From a virus (taxonomy: Duplodnaviria; Caudoviricetes), in the IMG/VR virus record IMGVR_UViG_3300025429_000023, positions 1 to 51,134 of that record: a stretch of 51,134 nucleotides of DNA. The stretch is one strand, 5' to 3'. This document shows positions 17,185-24,994 of this stretch, piece by piece. How positions within the stretch are numbered: position 1 is the stretch's first letter; each line of letters begins with the position of its first letter. The notes beneath the pieces are model-generated. The model was not told where the DNA came from. It was given only the letters and a program-made list of their open reading frames with translations, and made no database searches. A program made the position numbers and the translations under genes.

Positions 17185-17332
17185 CGTATTGGTGGAAATG
17201 ACACCGTTACCAGGTCTTTTTGATACGTTTAACATAAAGAGGAATAAACCCGAATAAGAATATCCCCTCATAATAATAGACTGTGGTACCACCATCAGTT
17301 CTTTTAATCCAAGATTTAATGTATATCATTAT

Positions 17333-17536
17333 TCACCATCCCATTTCTTTAGTTCTATAATCAATATGTTCTGCAATCAGATTATGATTTTCATCATATT
17401 GTGCATATGCCCAGAAATTGATACGATCCTCAGGATCACCCCTGTCGGCATACTCAATACTCATTGTAACCTTATATTTCTTCAGTAGGTTATTGAGTTC
17501 TGCAATAAACTTGGATTGGACTTCAATATCATTCAT
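17333..17536 (-). CDS. hypothetical protein
   Basis: ORF track; F..EL..LL.KY pattern shared with 17698..17955. Confidence 0.55.
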   Translation of the reverse strand: MNDIEVQSKFIAELNNLLKKYKVTMSIEYADRGDPEDRINFWAYAQYDENHNLIAEHIDYRTKEMGW

Positions 17537-17697
17537 TATTCATTTCAATAAGGTCAGAATACAATTCAATCTAATTTCTTCGTCTTTCTTTTCTTTCCAT
17601 TTATTGAATGCCTTTTCTAATTCTGCCCAATCCTCAGTATATAATCTGGATTGGATATTGGCAGCCTCAATAATAGATTCAAATTCATTCCAATTCA

Positions 17698-17955
17698 TTA
17701 ATCATACTCCAAATCAATCTCATAACAACTAATGGTAGCACCGTCCAATTTCAATAGTGTATTACCATTGATATCACATACTATCATATGCTCATCATAT
17801 ACACCATGAAGGTCAGAGCATTCACTACAACCCCATGAAATAGTGGCCTTATACTTATTAAGGAGTGCCCTCAATTCAATTTGAAATTCAGTCATTAGTA
17901 CCATCCTCATACCCTTCACTATAACCATCGTCATATCCCTTTTGATATGCAACAT
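17698..17955 (-). CDS. hypothetical protein with CxxC (likely start MTEFQIEL)
   Basis: ORF track; FQIELRALLNKY...CSEC. Confidence 0.5.
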   Translation of the reverse strand: MLHIKRDMTMVIVKGMRMVLMTEFQIELRALLNKYKATISWGCSECSDLHGVYDEHMIVCDINGNTLLKLDGATISCYEIDLEYD

Positions 17956-18076
17956 ACATTACCCAATAGTCAAAATTATCCACATTGGATACCTGTTGAC
18001 CTTTTACTTTATTATTATATGTCTGAAACAAACCAGTGGCTTGGTCATATATTTCATTATACATTTCTTCATTCAT
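17888..18076 (-). CDS. hypothetical protein with GYxxG repeats
   Basis: YQKGYDDGYSEGYEDG. Confidence 0.55.
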   Translation of the reverse strand: MNEEMYNEIYDQATGLFQTYNNKVKGQQVSNVDNFDYWVMYVAYQKGYDDGYSEGYEDGTND

Positions 18077-18282
18077 TATTCACCATCCTTAATCGTTGTA
18101 TCATAAAGACCATCCCTAAGTCCATCATTATAGGATTCTTTAGAGGTCATTACAAGATAATCCAGGAATTCATCCCGAGAGACATTACCCTTTAATACTT
18201 CATCATATAATTGATCCCAAGTCAAATCACTTACCATATAGTCGTTAGCCATTATCTCCAACCCCATGTATAATCCTTCCAA
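18076..18282 (-). CDS. acidic hypothetical protein
   Basis: ORF track; start uncertain. Confidence 0.5.
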   Translation of the reverse strand: MEGLYMGLEIMANDYMVSDLTWDQLYDEVLKGNVSRDEFLDYLVMTSKESYNDGLRDGLYDTTIKDGE

Positions 18283-18391
18283 TCACAATAATCGACTGCG
18301 GTAGAAAAGAAATCAAACTTATCAAGAATAACAGTATTTCGACATACTGTCCATTTATTAATACTAACATCAAAACCAATAGTAACATTCA

Positions 18392-18586
18392 TTACACAAT
18401 CTCCAAATGGTCAATAACCATATCAGTATTCAGTCGAACAGCTGATTTAATAATCAACCATTCATGGTATTCAATGACACCGAATTGAATAGTAAACCCG
18501 TTAATAGTATGATTAATACCGAATCGGGTTAACCAATCAGATACTAAATCCGTCTCTTTCTTTGTATTTGCTTTCACTTTCATCAT
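18392..18586 (-). CDS. hypothetical protein, probably leaderless
   Basis: ATG 7 nt after the -10 of copy 12; no SD. Confidence 0.55.
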   Translation of the reverse strand: MMKVKANTKKETDLVSDWLTRFGINHTINGFTIQFGVIEYHEWLIIKSAVRLNTDMVIDHLEIV

Positions 18587-18705
18587 GGAAGGATTGTCTC
18601 ATATATCCGTAGGAAAGGCAATAGGATAATGTAAACCGAGAAGAAATAGACTATAAACAACCGAGAAACAATCCAACCAATGTCGCAAGTGTAACCTATT
18701 GATTT
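18587..18705 (-). promoter_or_regulatory. composite early promoter element, copy 12 (four phased boxes plus IHF site)
   Basis: TTGCCT-N17-GACAAT; boxes at 18632, 18643, 18654 and 18665; TAACCTATTGATT at about 18692. Confidence 0.75.
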
Positions 18706-18874
18706 ATAAGAAGAAATCCAGTAAAAATACTGTAATATGGACGTACTATGGACCGTGCGCTGGAGAGTCGCAGATATAGTGACCTAAGTGATTGATTCAT
18801 AATACCTCTAGTATTATAATAGACTATTAGAGGCTATGTCCGACTTAGTGAGAGTATACAACGAATATTTTTCC

Positions 18875-18903
18875 ATTATATCACATATACTCTCAGAAGT
18901 CAA
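18875..18903 (-). promoter_or_regulatory. sigma70-type promoter
   Basis: TTGACT-N17-TATAAT with TG extension. Confidence 0.75.
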
Positions 18904-18923
18904 CCAGTATTTACTTGATTATA

Positions 18924-19112
18924 TCAGATATCCGCCCAGATTGAAAAGGAATCTTCACTAAACCTATCAGAATCATAATCAATACCAAAATATGGCTTAT
19001 CAATAACATCCTCATCCTCCTCTAATACTTCACAAATAACATTCTCCGGTGCATATTCCAGAGGTTCAAACCAATCATCACTCAATTTAATACTTGACAT
19101 TTTATTCTCCAT
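18924..19112 (-). CDS. acidic hypothetical protein (likely start MSSIKL)
   Basis: ORF track; GGAG SD before the second Met. Confidence 0.5.
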   Translation of the reverse strand: MENKMSSIKLSDDWFEPLEYAPENVICEVLEEDEDVIDKPYFGIDYDSDRFSEDSFSIWADI

Positions 19113-19150
19113 ATGGTATAATAGCGGTGTAGTACCAAAAACGAAACTGT

Positions 19151-19315
19151 TATAAATACTATTGTTAATACACTATATTGCTTGTTACATTAGCTAAGGC
19201 AGTAATCACTAACACGACTGATATAGTTTATTCACAGAGTATTGTTGGTATACACAATGGTATCAGGAAGATACCTATTAATTTAAAAAGAACCGCCTCT
19301 GATTGCGGTTTTGCT
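19151..19315 (+). ncRNA. candidate late-expressed structured small RNA
   Basis: TATAAATA at 19151-19158; no SD-led ORF; several stems; ends at the AACCGC/GCGGTT terminator hairpin. Confidence 0.45.
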
Positions 19316-19316
19316 G
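19285..19316. terminator. probably bidirectional intrinsic terminator
   Basis: AAAAAGAACCGC-N8-GCGGTTTTGCTGTTT. Confidence 0.7.
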
Positions 19317-19607
19317 TTTATCCGATTCTAAATCCAAAACAAAGTGAACCATTTACCTCTTTGAGATATTTCCATGCAGAATCTACCTCTTTGAATCTCT
19401 TTTTCTTTACCTGACCATTAACTGAATAGGTAACGGTATAGGGTATTGAACGGGTAACTGTTCTAGTTCTATTAGTATTCATTGTCCAATATACCTATCT
19501 GCTTCATAAAACTCTTTGAATGATGCTACTGCTTTGTCTTGGTTATTATATACAACCCAGAGTTTCCAATGCTTATTAAATTTGATATACATGATATAAT
19601 ACCTCTA

Positions 19608-19817
19608 TTAAGCAGTCAGAAGAACATCCCAAGCATTACTTGGACGATTAACTGGTTCAGAAGTACCAAATACCAGTTTGGATTTACCTCTTACTGACCG
19701 GTTAACCTTATTCTTTTGCGGTTTGCAATAGGTTACTTTATTCTCCAATTCAAACTGAGCTACAGCCAGTGATAATTCAAGGTGCATTCTTTCACGATTT
19801 TCATTAACGCTTTTCAT
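19608..19817 (-). CDS. basic hypothetical protein
   Basis: Start reassigned to MKSVNENR (AGGA SD). Confidence 0.6.
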   Translation of the reverse strand: MKSVNENRERMHLELSLAVAQFELENKVTYCKPQKNKVNRSVRGKSKLVFGTSEPVNRPSNAWDVLLTA

Positions 19818-19844
19818 AATATATTTCCTATTCAATTTCTCTTA

Positions 19845-19925
19845 ATGTGTGACCAGTCTATCAGAACTGGTGAGGATGTCAAGCTGTCATTTGGTTAACA
19901 GTCTGTTTCATCGGAAGAAACAGTC
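19845..19925 (-). promoter_or_regulatory. composite early promoter element, copy 13
   Basis: TTGACA-N16-TAGACT; boxes at 19895 and 19917. Confidence 0.75.
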
Positions 19926-20364
19926 GGTACCAATACCCTTCTCAGAGTATCATTCAGACTATTCAGAGTATATTCAAGCATTTCATCGACTGTTAATACC
20001 TTATCTACAGTATACTCAGGAGTACCAGGTGGAGTATAGTATGACATAAACTCTTTATAGTAATCGTGTTCCATTATTCTATTCTCCTATTACAGACTAT
20101 CCTTATCTGCCCATTCCCGCTTTAACCATTCATTATATTCCTTTTTCTTGACATTATCAAGATAGTCAGTATAAGAGAAGTATCCAAGGAATACAACAAC
20201 CAATAATAATACAGTAACCATTTGCTTTTTCTCTCTATTACTTGTCCAATTCATTGAATACTTTATTCACTACTAATACTGAATATACTACCAGAAAAGC
20301 AGCGAGACCAAAACTACCCAAGAATACTAATACATTTTCCATTTCTATTTCTCTCTAATTTCTC

Positions 20365-20410
20365 TCAAACTATGGGGATATTGTCTCATAGGTGGTTCAG
20401 GATGGCAACC
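20365..20410 (-). promoter_or_regulatory. early promoter element, copy 14 (first of the island)
   Basis: TTGCCA-N17-GACAAT followed by the shared CCATAGTTTGA start sequence. Confidence 0.7.
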
Positions 20411-20412
20411 AG

Positions 20413-20557
20413 CCAGGGCAAGAAAAAGCATAACGATTGCTTATGAGAGGTGCAAACCAGGGCGAGTCTGGCTTATAAGAGAATATCAGTCGTGGTCCTG
20501 TCTGCTTGTGGAGGAGGAGGTTATCACAAAAGAATAGCGGTGGCAACCAGGGCGAGT
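20413..20557 (+). repeat. CCAGGGC(G/A)AG direct repeats x3
   Basis: CCAGGGCAAG at 20413; AACCAGGGCGAGT at 20455 and 20545. Confidence 0.7.
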
Positions 20558-20569
20558 GAAATAAAACGC

Positions 20570-20599
20570 TTGACAAGTGACAGCGACTTATGATATAAT
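20570..20599 (+). promoter_or_regulatory. consensus sigma70 promoter with no downstream gene
   Basis: TTGACA-N18-TATAAT with TG extension and A-rich upstream tract. Confidence 0.75.
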
Positions 20600-20711
20600 G
20601 GTGAGTGAAGCGAACGAAGTGAGCGTAGCTAAGAAAAGTTCATCCTGGCCCAAACTCTTTATTTCCAATTTTTTTCTCCGGCTCCCCAGAGAACCAGAGA
20701 AATTTTCAATT

Positions 20712-20909
20712 TTACTTCTTGTGATCCCAAAATTTTTTGCGGAGGCCGGACTTTCTGGTAGGTTTAATATACAACTTGGTCCTCAGAGCTTTCATTCTAT
20801 AATGTTCTCTAAGACTCTCTAATACACTACTATCAATCTCATCACTTATCCATTGAACTATACGAGGGTTCGCATTATCGTTTACCATATCAATTACCCC
20901 AGCGGTCAA
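20712..20909 (-). CDS. hypothetical protein
   Basis: ORF track; start uncertain. Confidence 0.45.
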   Translation of the reverse strand: MTAGVIDMVNDNANPRIVQWISDEIDSSVLESLREHYRMKALRTKLYIKPTRKSGLRKKFWDHKK

Positions 20910-21573
20910 TGACTTCTTGGTGGATATTCTCTAGACTCAAAAAGGTTGAAGAGGTCAGATTAGGTTTGCAAATCGTATATACCTTATTACAATAGGATAC
21001 ACAGTCATAACTTTTTTCTTCTATGAAATGAAACTGATCTTCTGGTATATACTGTAGTAGTTGTGGGTAAATAAAGTGTGTATTCTGGTGTGGTTGGTTA
21101 TAATCTCTTGCATCAATCAAAGCTTGCATTAATGCACCCTTATACTTACCGGGGAAGCAATAAAAGTTATCATCAATTGCACCACTCAGTTCCCATTCAC
21201 CATGTCCTTCTTTAGCTATGAAGTTAAACTTATTATAATCGATGTTCAGTTCATTGATAGGTTTATGGAAATGGGTATCAGGTCGAATATGAACCACAAA
21301 GTCTTCTTCGATCAGTTCAATATTCTTGACTGACTGTAACTTGGTCCTCAGGTTATTAGAGTCATTGATATTCTCAAAAATAAAACATTGTTGAGCTTCA
21401 TATAGTCCAATCATTTCATTTAGAAATTCATGTTTATATGTGGTGATGTATACTGATAACTCAGAAATCTCTTTGAGAGGGTCAATGATGTTTCTTTTGA
21501 TATTGGGGAAACAATGGCGAAAATCTCTGATACCACCATAAGAGATACCACATACGATAAGGGATACTTTCAT
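20890..21573 (-). CDS. putative glycosyltransferase-like protein
   Basis: MKVSLIVCG...R, DFVVHIRPD (RxD) and DDNF pattern, like phage GT-associated proteins. Confidence 0.5.
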   Translation of the reverse strand: MKVSLIVCGISYGGIRDFRHCFPNIKRNIIDPLKEISELSVYITTYKHEFLNEMIGLYEAQQCFIFENINDSNNLRTKLQSVKNIELIEEDFVVHIRPDTHFHKPINELNIDYNKFNFIAKEGHGEWELSGAIDDNFYCFPGKYKGALMQALIDARDYNQPHQNTHFIYPQLLQYIPEDQFHFIEEKSYDCVSYCNKVYTICKPNLTSSTFLSLENIHQEVIDRWGN

Positions 21574-21800
21574 TTCTCTAATCTCTTTATGTTAATTTCA
21601 ATTTCATTTTTAAAGTCTTCTAAGGCCTGTGCATAACCTTTTTCGAAACCTTCATTATAAGCATCCTGTTGTACCAGTAGAGCAAACTGTTCCACTCTGA
21701 CTCCTAGGTTTACATTATGATTGGAATCATCATTCGTGATCCATGGTGGTAGATCGACAATCTTTGCAAGCCGATTAAATTCCGGATTCTTCATTATCAA
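21570..21800 (-). CDS. small phage protein, distant MNxxIxELA-family member
   Basis: RLAK...VEQFALLV...YNEGFEKGY. Confidence 0.55.
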   Translation of the reverse strand: MIMKNPEFNRLAKIVDLPPWITNDDSNHNVNLGVRVEQFALLVQQDAYNEGFEKGYAQALEDFKNEIEINIKRLEK

Positions 21801-21984
21801 CCCTCTCTTTTAATTCTACCATTCTTTGTTTGTTTCTTTTCAGTTGGTCTGTATTACTCTGTTCACCACATAGAGGACAGTAGGAGAATTCTATGGTCAG
21901 TTTATAAGGTCTATTCTTGTAGTAGACAGTATTCTCATCAACCTTCTCGGTCATTTGAAATTCTGTGCAGATAGGACAAAGCAT
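21775..21984 (-). CDS. YgiT/MqsA-type zinc-finger protein
   Basis: CPIC...CPLCGE...Q..RN. Confidence 0.7.
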   Translation of the reverse strand: MLCPICTEFQMTEKVDENTVYYKNRPYKLTIEFSYCPLCGEQSNTDQLKRNKQRMVELKERVDNEESGI

Positions 21985-22247
21985 TATTTCTTTCCTCTCT
22001 TAGGTTCAGGCATAGGTAGAGGTGGAGTATATTCATACTGACTCACACTCGGTTTCTCTGGTTGCACTGGTGTTTGAGTTATTGGTTTGATCGTACCATA
22101 ATAAAACGCAAGACCCATGAAGTAAGCTACGACATACATGAATGCTGTTCGTTTATACCAGGAGAGGAACGAGGCAAAGGTCATTCCCAGCATAAACGAA
22201 AACAGATTCAGGTTGTTTAGTGATATTTCAAATAATGCGGTGTTCAT
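21984..22247 (-). CDS. membrane protein with Pro-rich tail
   Basis: Two hydrophobic segments. Confidence 0.6.
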   Translation of the reverse strand: MNTALFEISLNNLNLFSFMLGMTFASFLSWYKRTAFMYVVAYFMGLAFYYGTIKPITQTPVQPEKPSVSQYEYTPPLPMPEPKRGKK

Positions 22248-22409
22248 AGAAAGCCCTCCGGAAAAATCGTTTAGAAACGGACTCGACCGGATTCTCTAAG
22301 TTTCAATGTAAATTTCTTGATTTCTTGTCTCATACTGGAATCAGGAGGTAATTGCACATACACACGAATCAAGAAATCAACCACTTCTTTGATAGTGATT
22401 TCTTTCTCT

Positions 22410-22610
22410 TTATTCATTGAGAAGTTGAGGGTCACCACCACCTTCAAGGATGAAATCTTCGGCTAGAGTTTCAGCATCATCCTGTTTCTTGTGTGTTGAC
22501 TTACGAATTACCTTGTTGTTAATCATATAAGACACCTGGTACATATCCTCAAATGTCTTGGACACCTGAGCTTCATAGTTACCACTGGAATAAGTTGAAA
22601 TGATAGTCAT
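22410..22610 (-). CDS. hypothetical protein
   Basis: GGAG SD; A...AEDF tail. Confidence 0.65.
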   Translation of the reverse strand: MTIISTYSSGNYEAQVSKTFEDMYQVSYMINNKVIRKSTHKKQDDAETLAEDFILEGGGDPQLLNE

Positions 22611-22794
22611 TTAATTCTCCGTTAATATATTTTTGTGCTGATTTGGTGGCTTCAAATTCAGTATTGAAATAATCTTCACCAATCAAGGTAAGGTTATTAT
22701 AGTATTCAACCTTGTGGTGTCTATCCGAACGGACATACACCACATTGGCAGAAAGACCAGAATCATTGGATACCTTTACTGTATACTTAGTCAT
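22579..22794 (-). CDS. hypothetical protein
   Basis: AGGA SD; ORF track. Confidence 0.6.
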   Translation of the reverse strand: MTKYTVKVSNDSGLSANVVYVRSDRHHKVEYYNNLTLIGEDYFNTEFEATKSAQKYINGELNDYHFNLFQW

Positions 22795-22800
22795 CTTTTC

Positions 22801-24939
22801 CTATGCAATCAAGTTAATAAAACGATTCAATACAATCCGTGAAGTTCCACGTTTGTGATTGTATTTAGCAAATGCCGAGGCCAAAGCTTTGTTTGAAGCA
22901 TTTTCTTTTACTTCAATTTCAGCAGGTTCATCTTTCTTATTAACTCTCAGTAGATAGTATTCATCAAACCCCGCATTGTTAATAATAGCACATTGATTCT
23001 TACTGAATGATGATCGAATATCTTGAGTATCCATACCTTGCAGGTGACGATTTAAATAACTCTTGAATTCGTTCGGTGAAAGAATGTAGAAACCTACAAC
23101 ATTACACTTTGTACGAAGCTTAAAAAGTTTAATCAATTCGTTAGTGCCTGATTGACTACCCTTCAATTCTTCCTGATTCTTGGTAACTGGGTCACGAATG
23201 ATAACAGTCTGGGATCTACCTCTCTTGTAATCATAAGAACTCAAACTATCAATATGTCCGGTTTCATTATACTTACCTTTTATAGAATCACCTTCACCAT
23301 CAGTCAAGAAAATAGTATTGACAACTTGAAGATTATTCTTCTTCTGAAAATCAGGAACAATTTCCATGGCAGAAATAATAGCTTCTGACAGAGGAGTACC
23401 ACCCATACCAAAAATTCTAGTTCTCAAATTTTTAGTAGCAATAGAAACCAAAGCTGAAGCCGCATTAGTGAATTCAGCCGCAGACATTCTAGATGAAAGA
23501 ATATTCAACAGTTTGAAGTCTCTAATTTGGATATCATCTGTTTTTTTATTTTGTTCAACCGGATAATCATCAACATGGTTATCAGTAAAGGTATATACTT
23601 CATAGGGAATATTAACCTTCTTGCAGAACATGACGATATTAAACAACTGCTTCATAGTCGGACCAAGGTGGTATTCCATCGAACCAGACCAATCTTGGAA
23701 GATAACCAGACCATGTGATTTCGCATCAGGTACTACAGTAATCTTCTTGAAGATATCTTCATTGAATCGATGTGAATAGATTTTACTCATATTCAAATCA
23801 CCAGACTTTGAAACACCAGCCTTCTTCAATTGATTAGCTGATTTACGCATTTCAAATTCTTTTACCAAGTATGAAACAGCAGTATTGATTTCAGATCGAA
23901 TCTTACGAAAACCTTCCACATCATAGAAGTATGAATTATTATAAAAACTATTTTCTTTAACTTGAGAATTATAAATTCTATAAACGTCTTTATGATCTAC
24001 AACCCTTTGATTAATATCAATCTTAGGAATATTGGCATAAGTGTAAGTCCGATTGTCATCAGAGAACAACTTATGTTCATTATCACGATAGGCTTCTTCA
24101 GTTTCAGAACTTAGAAGGTCGGAAATGTCATCTTCTTGATTGGTGAGTATTGTATCATTTTCAATATTTTCTTCAGTTTCATCTTCTGATACTACTTCTT
24201 CAGTTGTTTCAGATTCTTCAGTTTCATCTTCTTTCTTTTCTTCAGATGATTCTTTTTCAGGAGTATCAACAATTTCTACTTCATCATTACCTTCTTCATT
24301 AAGGTCATCTTCATAATCAAAATCAATATGATCAATTTCACCTTCTTCATCATCAAATTCAGGAAATTCGAACTTAGATTCCTGTTGACTTTTGTTTTTG
24401 ATGAACTCTTTGATATTCTGACAAACCTTCATTACATCATCATAGGTTTCGGTAGATTCTACTTCACGAACCAGTTCCATTTCATCATCGGTAAAATGGA
24501 TATTCAGAATAGCACCACCTTTACAATGAAGGTTCAGACGATCAATGAATTTCATATGATCGATATTTCGACCTTTGGTGTTAAAGAAGTTACGTTCAAT
24601 AAGATCCTGATAACCTTTGATGAAAGAATTCTTCAGGCCTGGGTACTTGTATTTGATCTTACGTTCAATACGAGAATCTTCAACGATATTGGCAAGAGAA
24701 TGTGGAACATCATACTTTTCACGAATATCGTGGCCTTCGGCTGGAGTCCAAAGTGCATGACCTACTTCATGACCCATAAAAAGATCATAAGTGTGTGGTG
24801 GAATATTCTTGTCCAGAACAGGAACAACAAGAACACGGGTTTTGGTATCGAACAAAGCTGTAGAAACCTTGCGTTGTTCAACAACAAGGTTTTCAGTAGC
24901 CATCAATTTAGCGAGAAGTGATTTAGATTCAAGTAACAT
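22801..24939 (-). CDS. metallopeptidase (HEXXH)-acidic linker-VWA protein, CobT-like
   Basis: HEVGH and NIVEDSRIE; Asp/Glu-rich linker; MIDAS DWSGSM, GGTP, LTDGE. Confidence 0.88.
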   Translation of the reverse strand: MLLESKSLLAKLMATENLVVEQRKVSTALFDTKTRVLVVPVLDKNIPPHTYDLFMGHEVGHALWTPAEGHDIREKYDVPHSLANIVEDSRIERKIKYKYPGLKNSFIKGYQDLIERNFFNTKGRNIDHMKFIDRLNLHCKGGAILNIHFTDDEMELVREVESTETYDDVMKVCQNIKEFIKNKSQQESKFEFPEFDDEEGEIDHIDFDYEDDLNEEGNDEVEIVDTPEKESSEEKKEDETEESETTEEVVSEDETEENIENDTILTNQEDDISDLLSSETEEAYRDNEHKLFSDDNRTYTYANIPKIDINQRVVDHKDVYRIYNSQVKENSFYNNSYFYDVEGFRKIRSEINTAVSYLVKEFEMRKSANQLKKAGVSKSGDLNMSKIYSHRFNEDIFKKITVVPDAKSHGLVIFQDWSGSMEYHLGPTMKQLFNIVMFCKKVNIPYEVYTFTDNHVDDYPVEQNKKTDDIQIRDFKLLNILSSRMSAAEFTNAASALVSIATKNLRTRIFGMGGTPLSEAIISAMEIVPDFQKKNNLQVVNTIFLTDGEGDSIKGKYNETGHIDSLSSYDYKRGRSQTVIIRDPVTKNQEELKGSQSGTNELIKLFKLRTKCNVVGFYILSPNEFKSYLNRHLQGMDTQDIRSSFSKNQCAIINNAGFDEYYLLRVNKKDEPAEIEVKENASNKALASAFAKYNHKRGTSRIVLNRFINLIA

Positions 24940-24964
24940 AATATAATCTCCTTTGTGTGGAGAT

Positions 24965-24994
24965 ATTATAACACATTAACCACACGGTTGTCAA
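24965..24994 (-). promoter_or_regulatory. sigma70-type promoter
   Basis: TTGACA-N18-TATAAT upstream of the AAGGAG SD of the VWA gene. Confidence 0.75.

Noticed and set aside
12118-17204. ORF-track entries 12118..12390, 14945..15202, 16662..16922 and 17001..17204
   Set aside because: They cross promoter elements and overlap better-supported genes. Shared peptides such as VLIQS are just translations of the repeat.
308-20340. Stop-codon reassignment explaining the many short ORFs
   Set aside because: Core genes are full length in the standard code, and the short ORFs have their own SD sequences and coupled start/stop junctions
1465-20410. Dispersed repeats as a CRISPR array or mini-array
   Set aside because: Copies are degenerate, hundreds to thousands of bp apart, separated by genes and contain promoter boxes. 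There is no constant repeat-spacer period and no cas gene.
17888-21800. GYxxG repeats in several small proteins as a distinct system
   Set aside because: Common low-complexity helical motif in phage proteins; no further shared context
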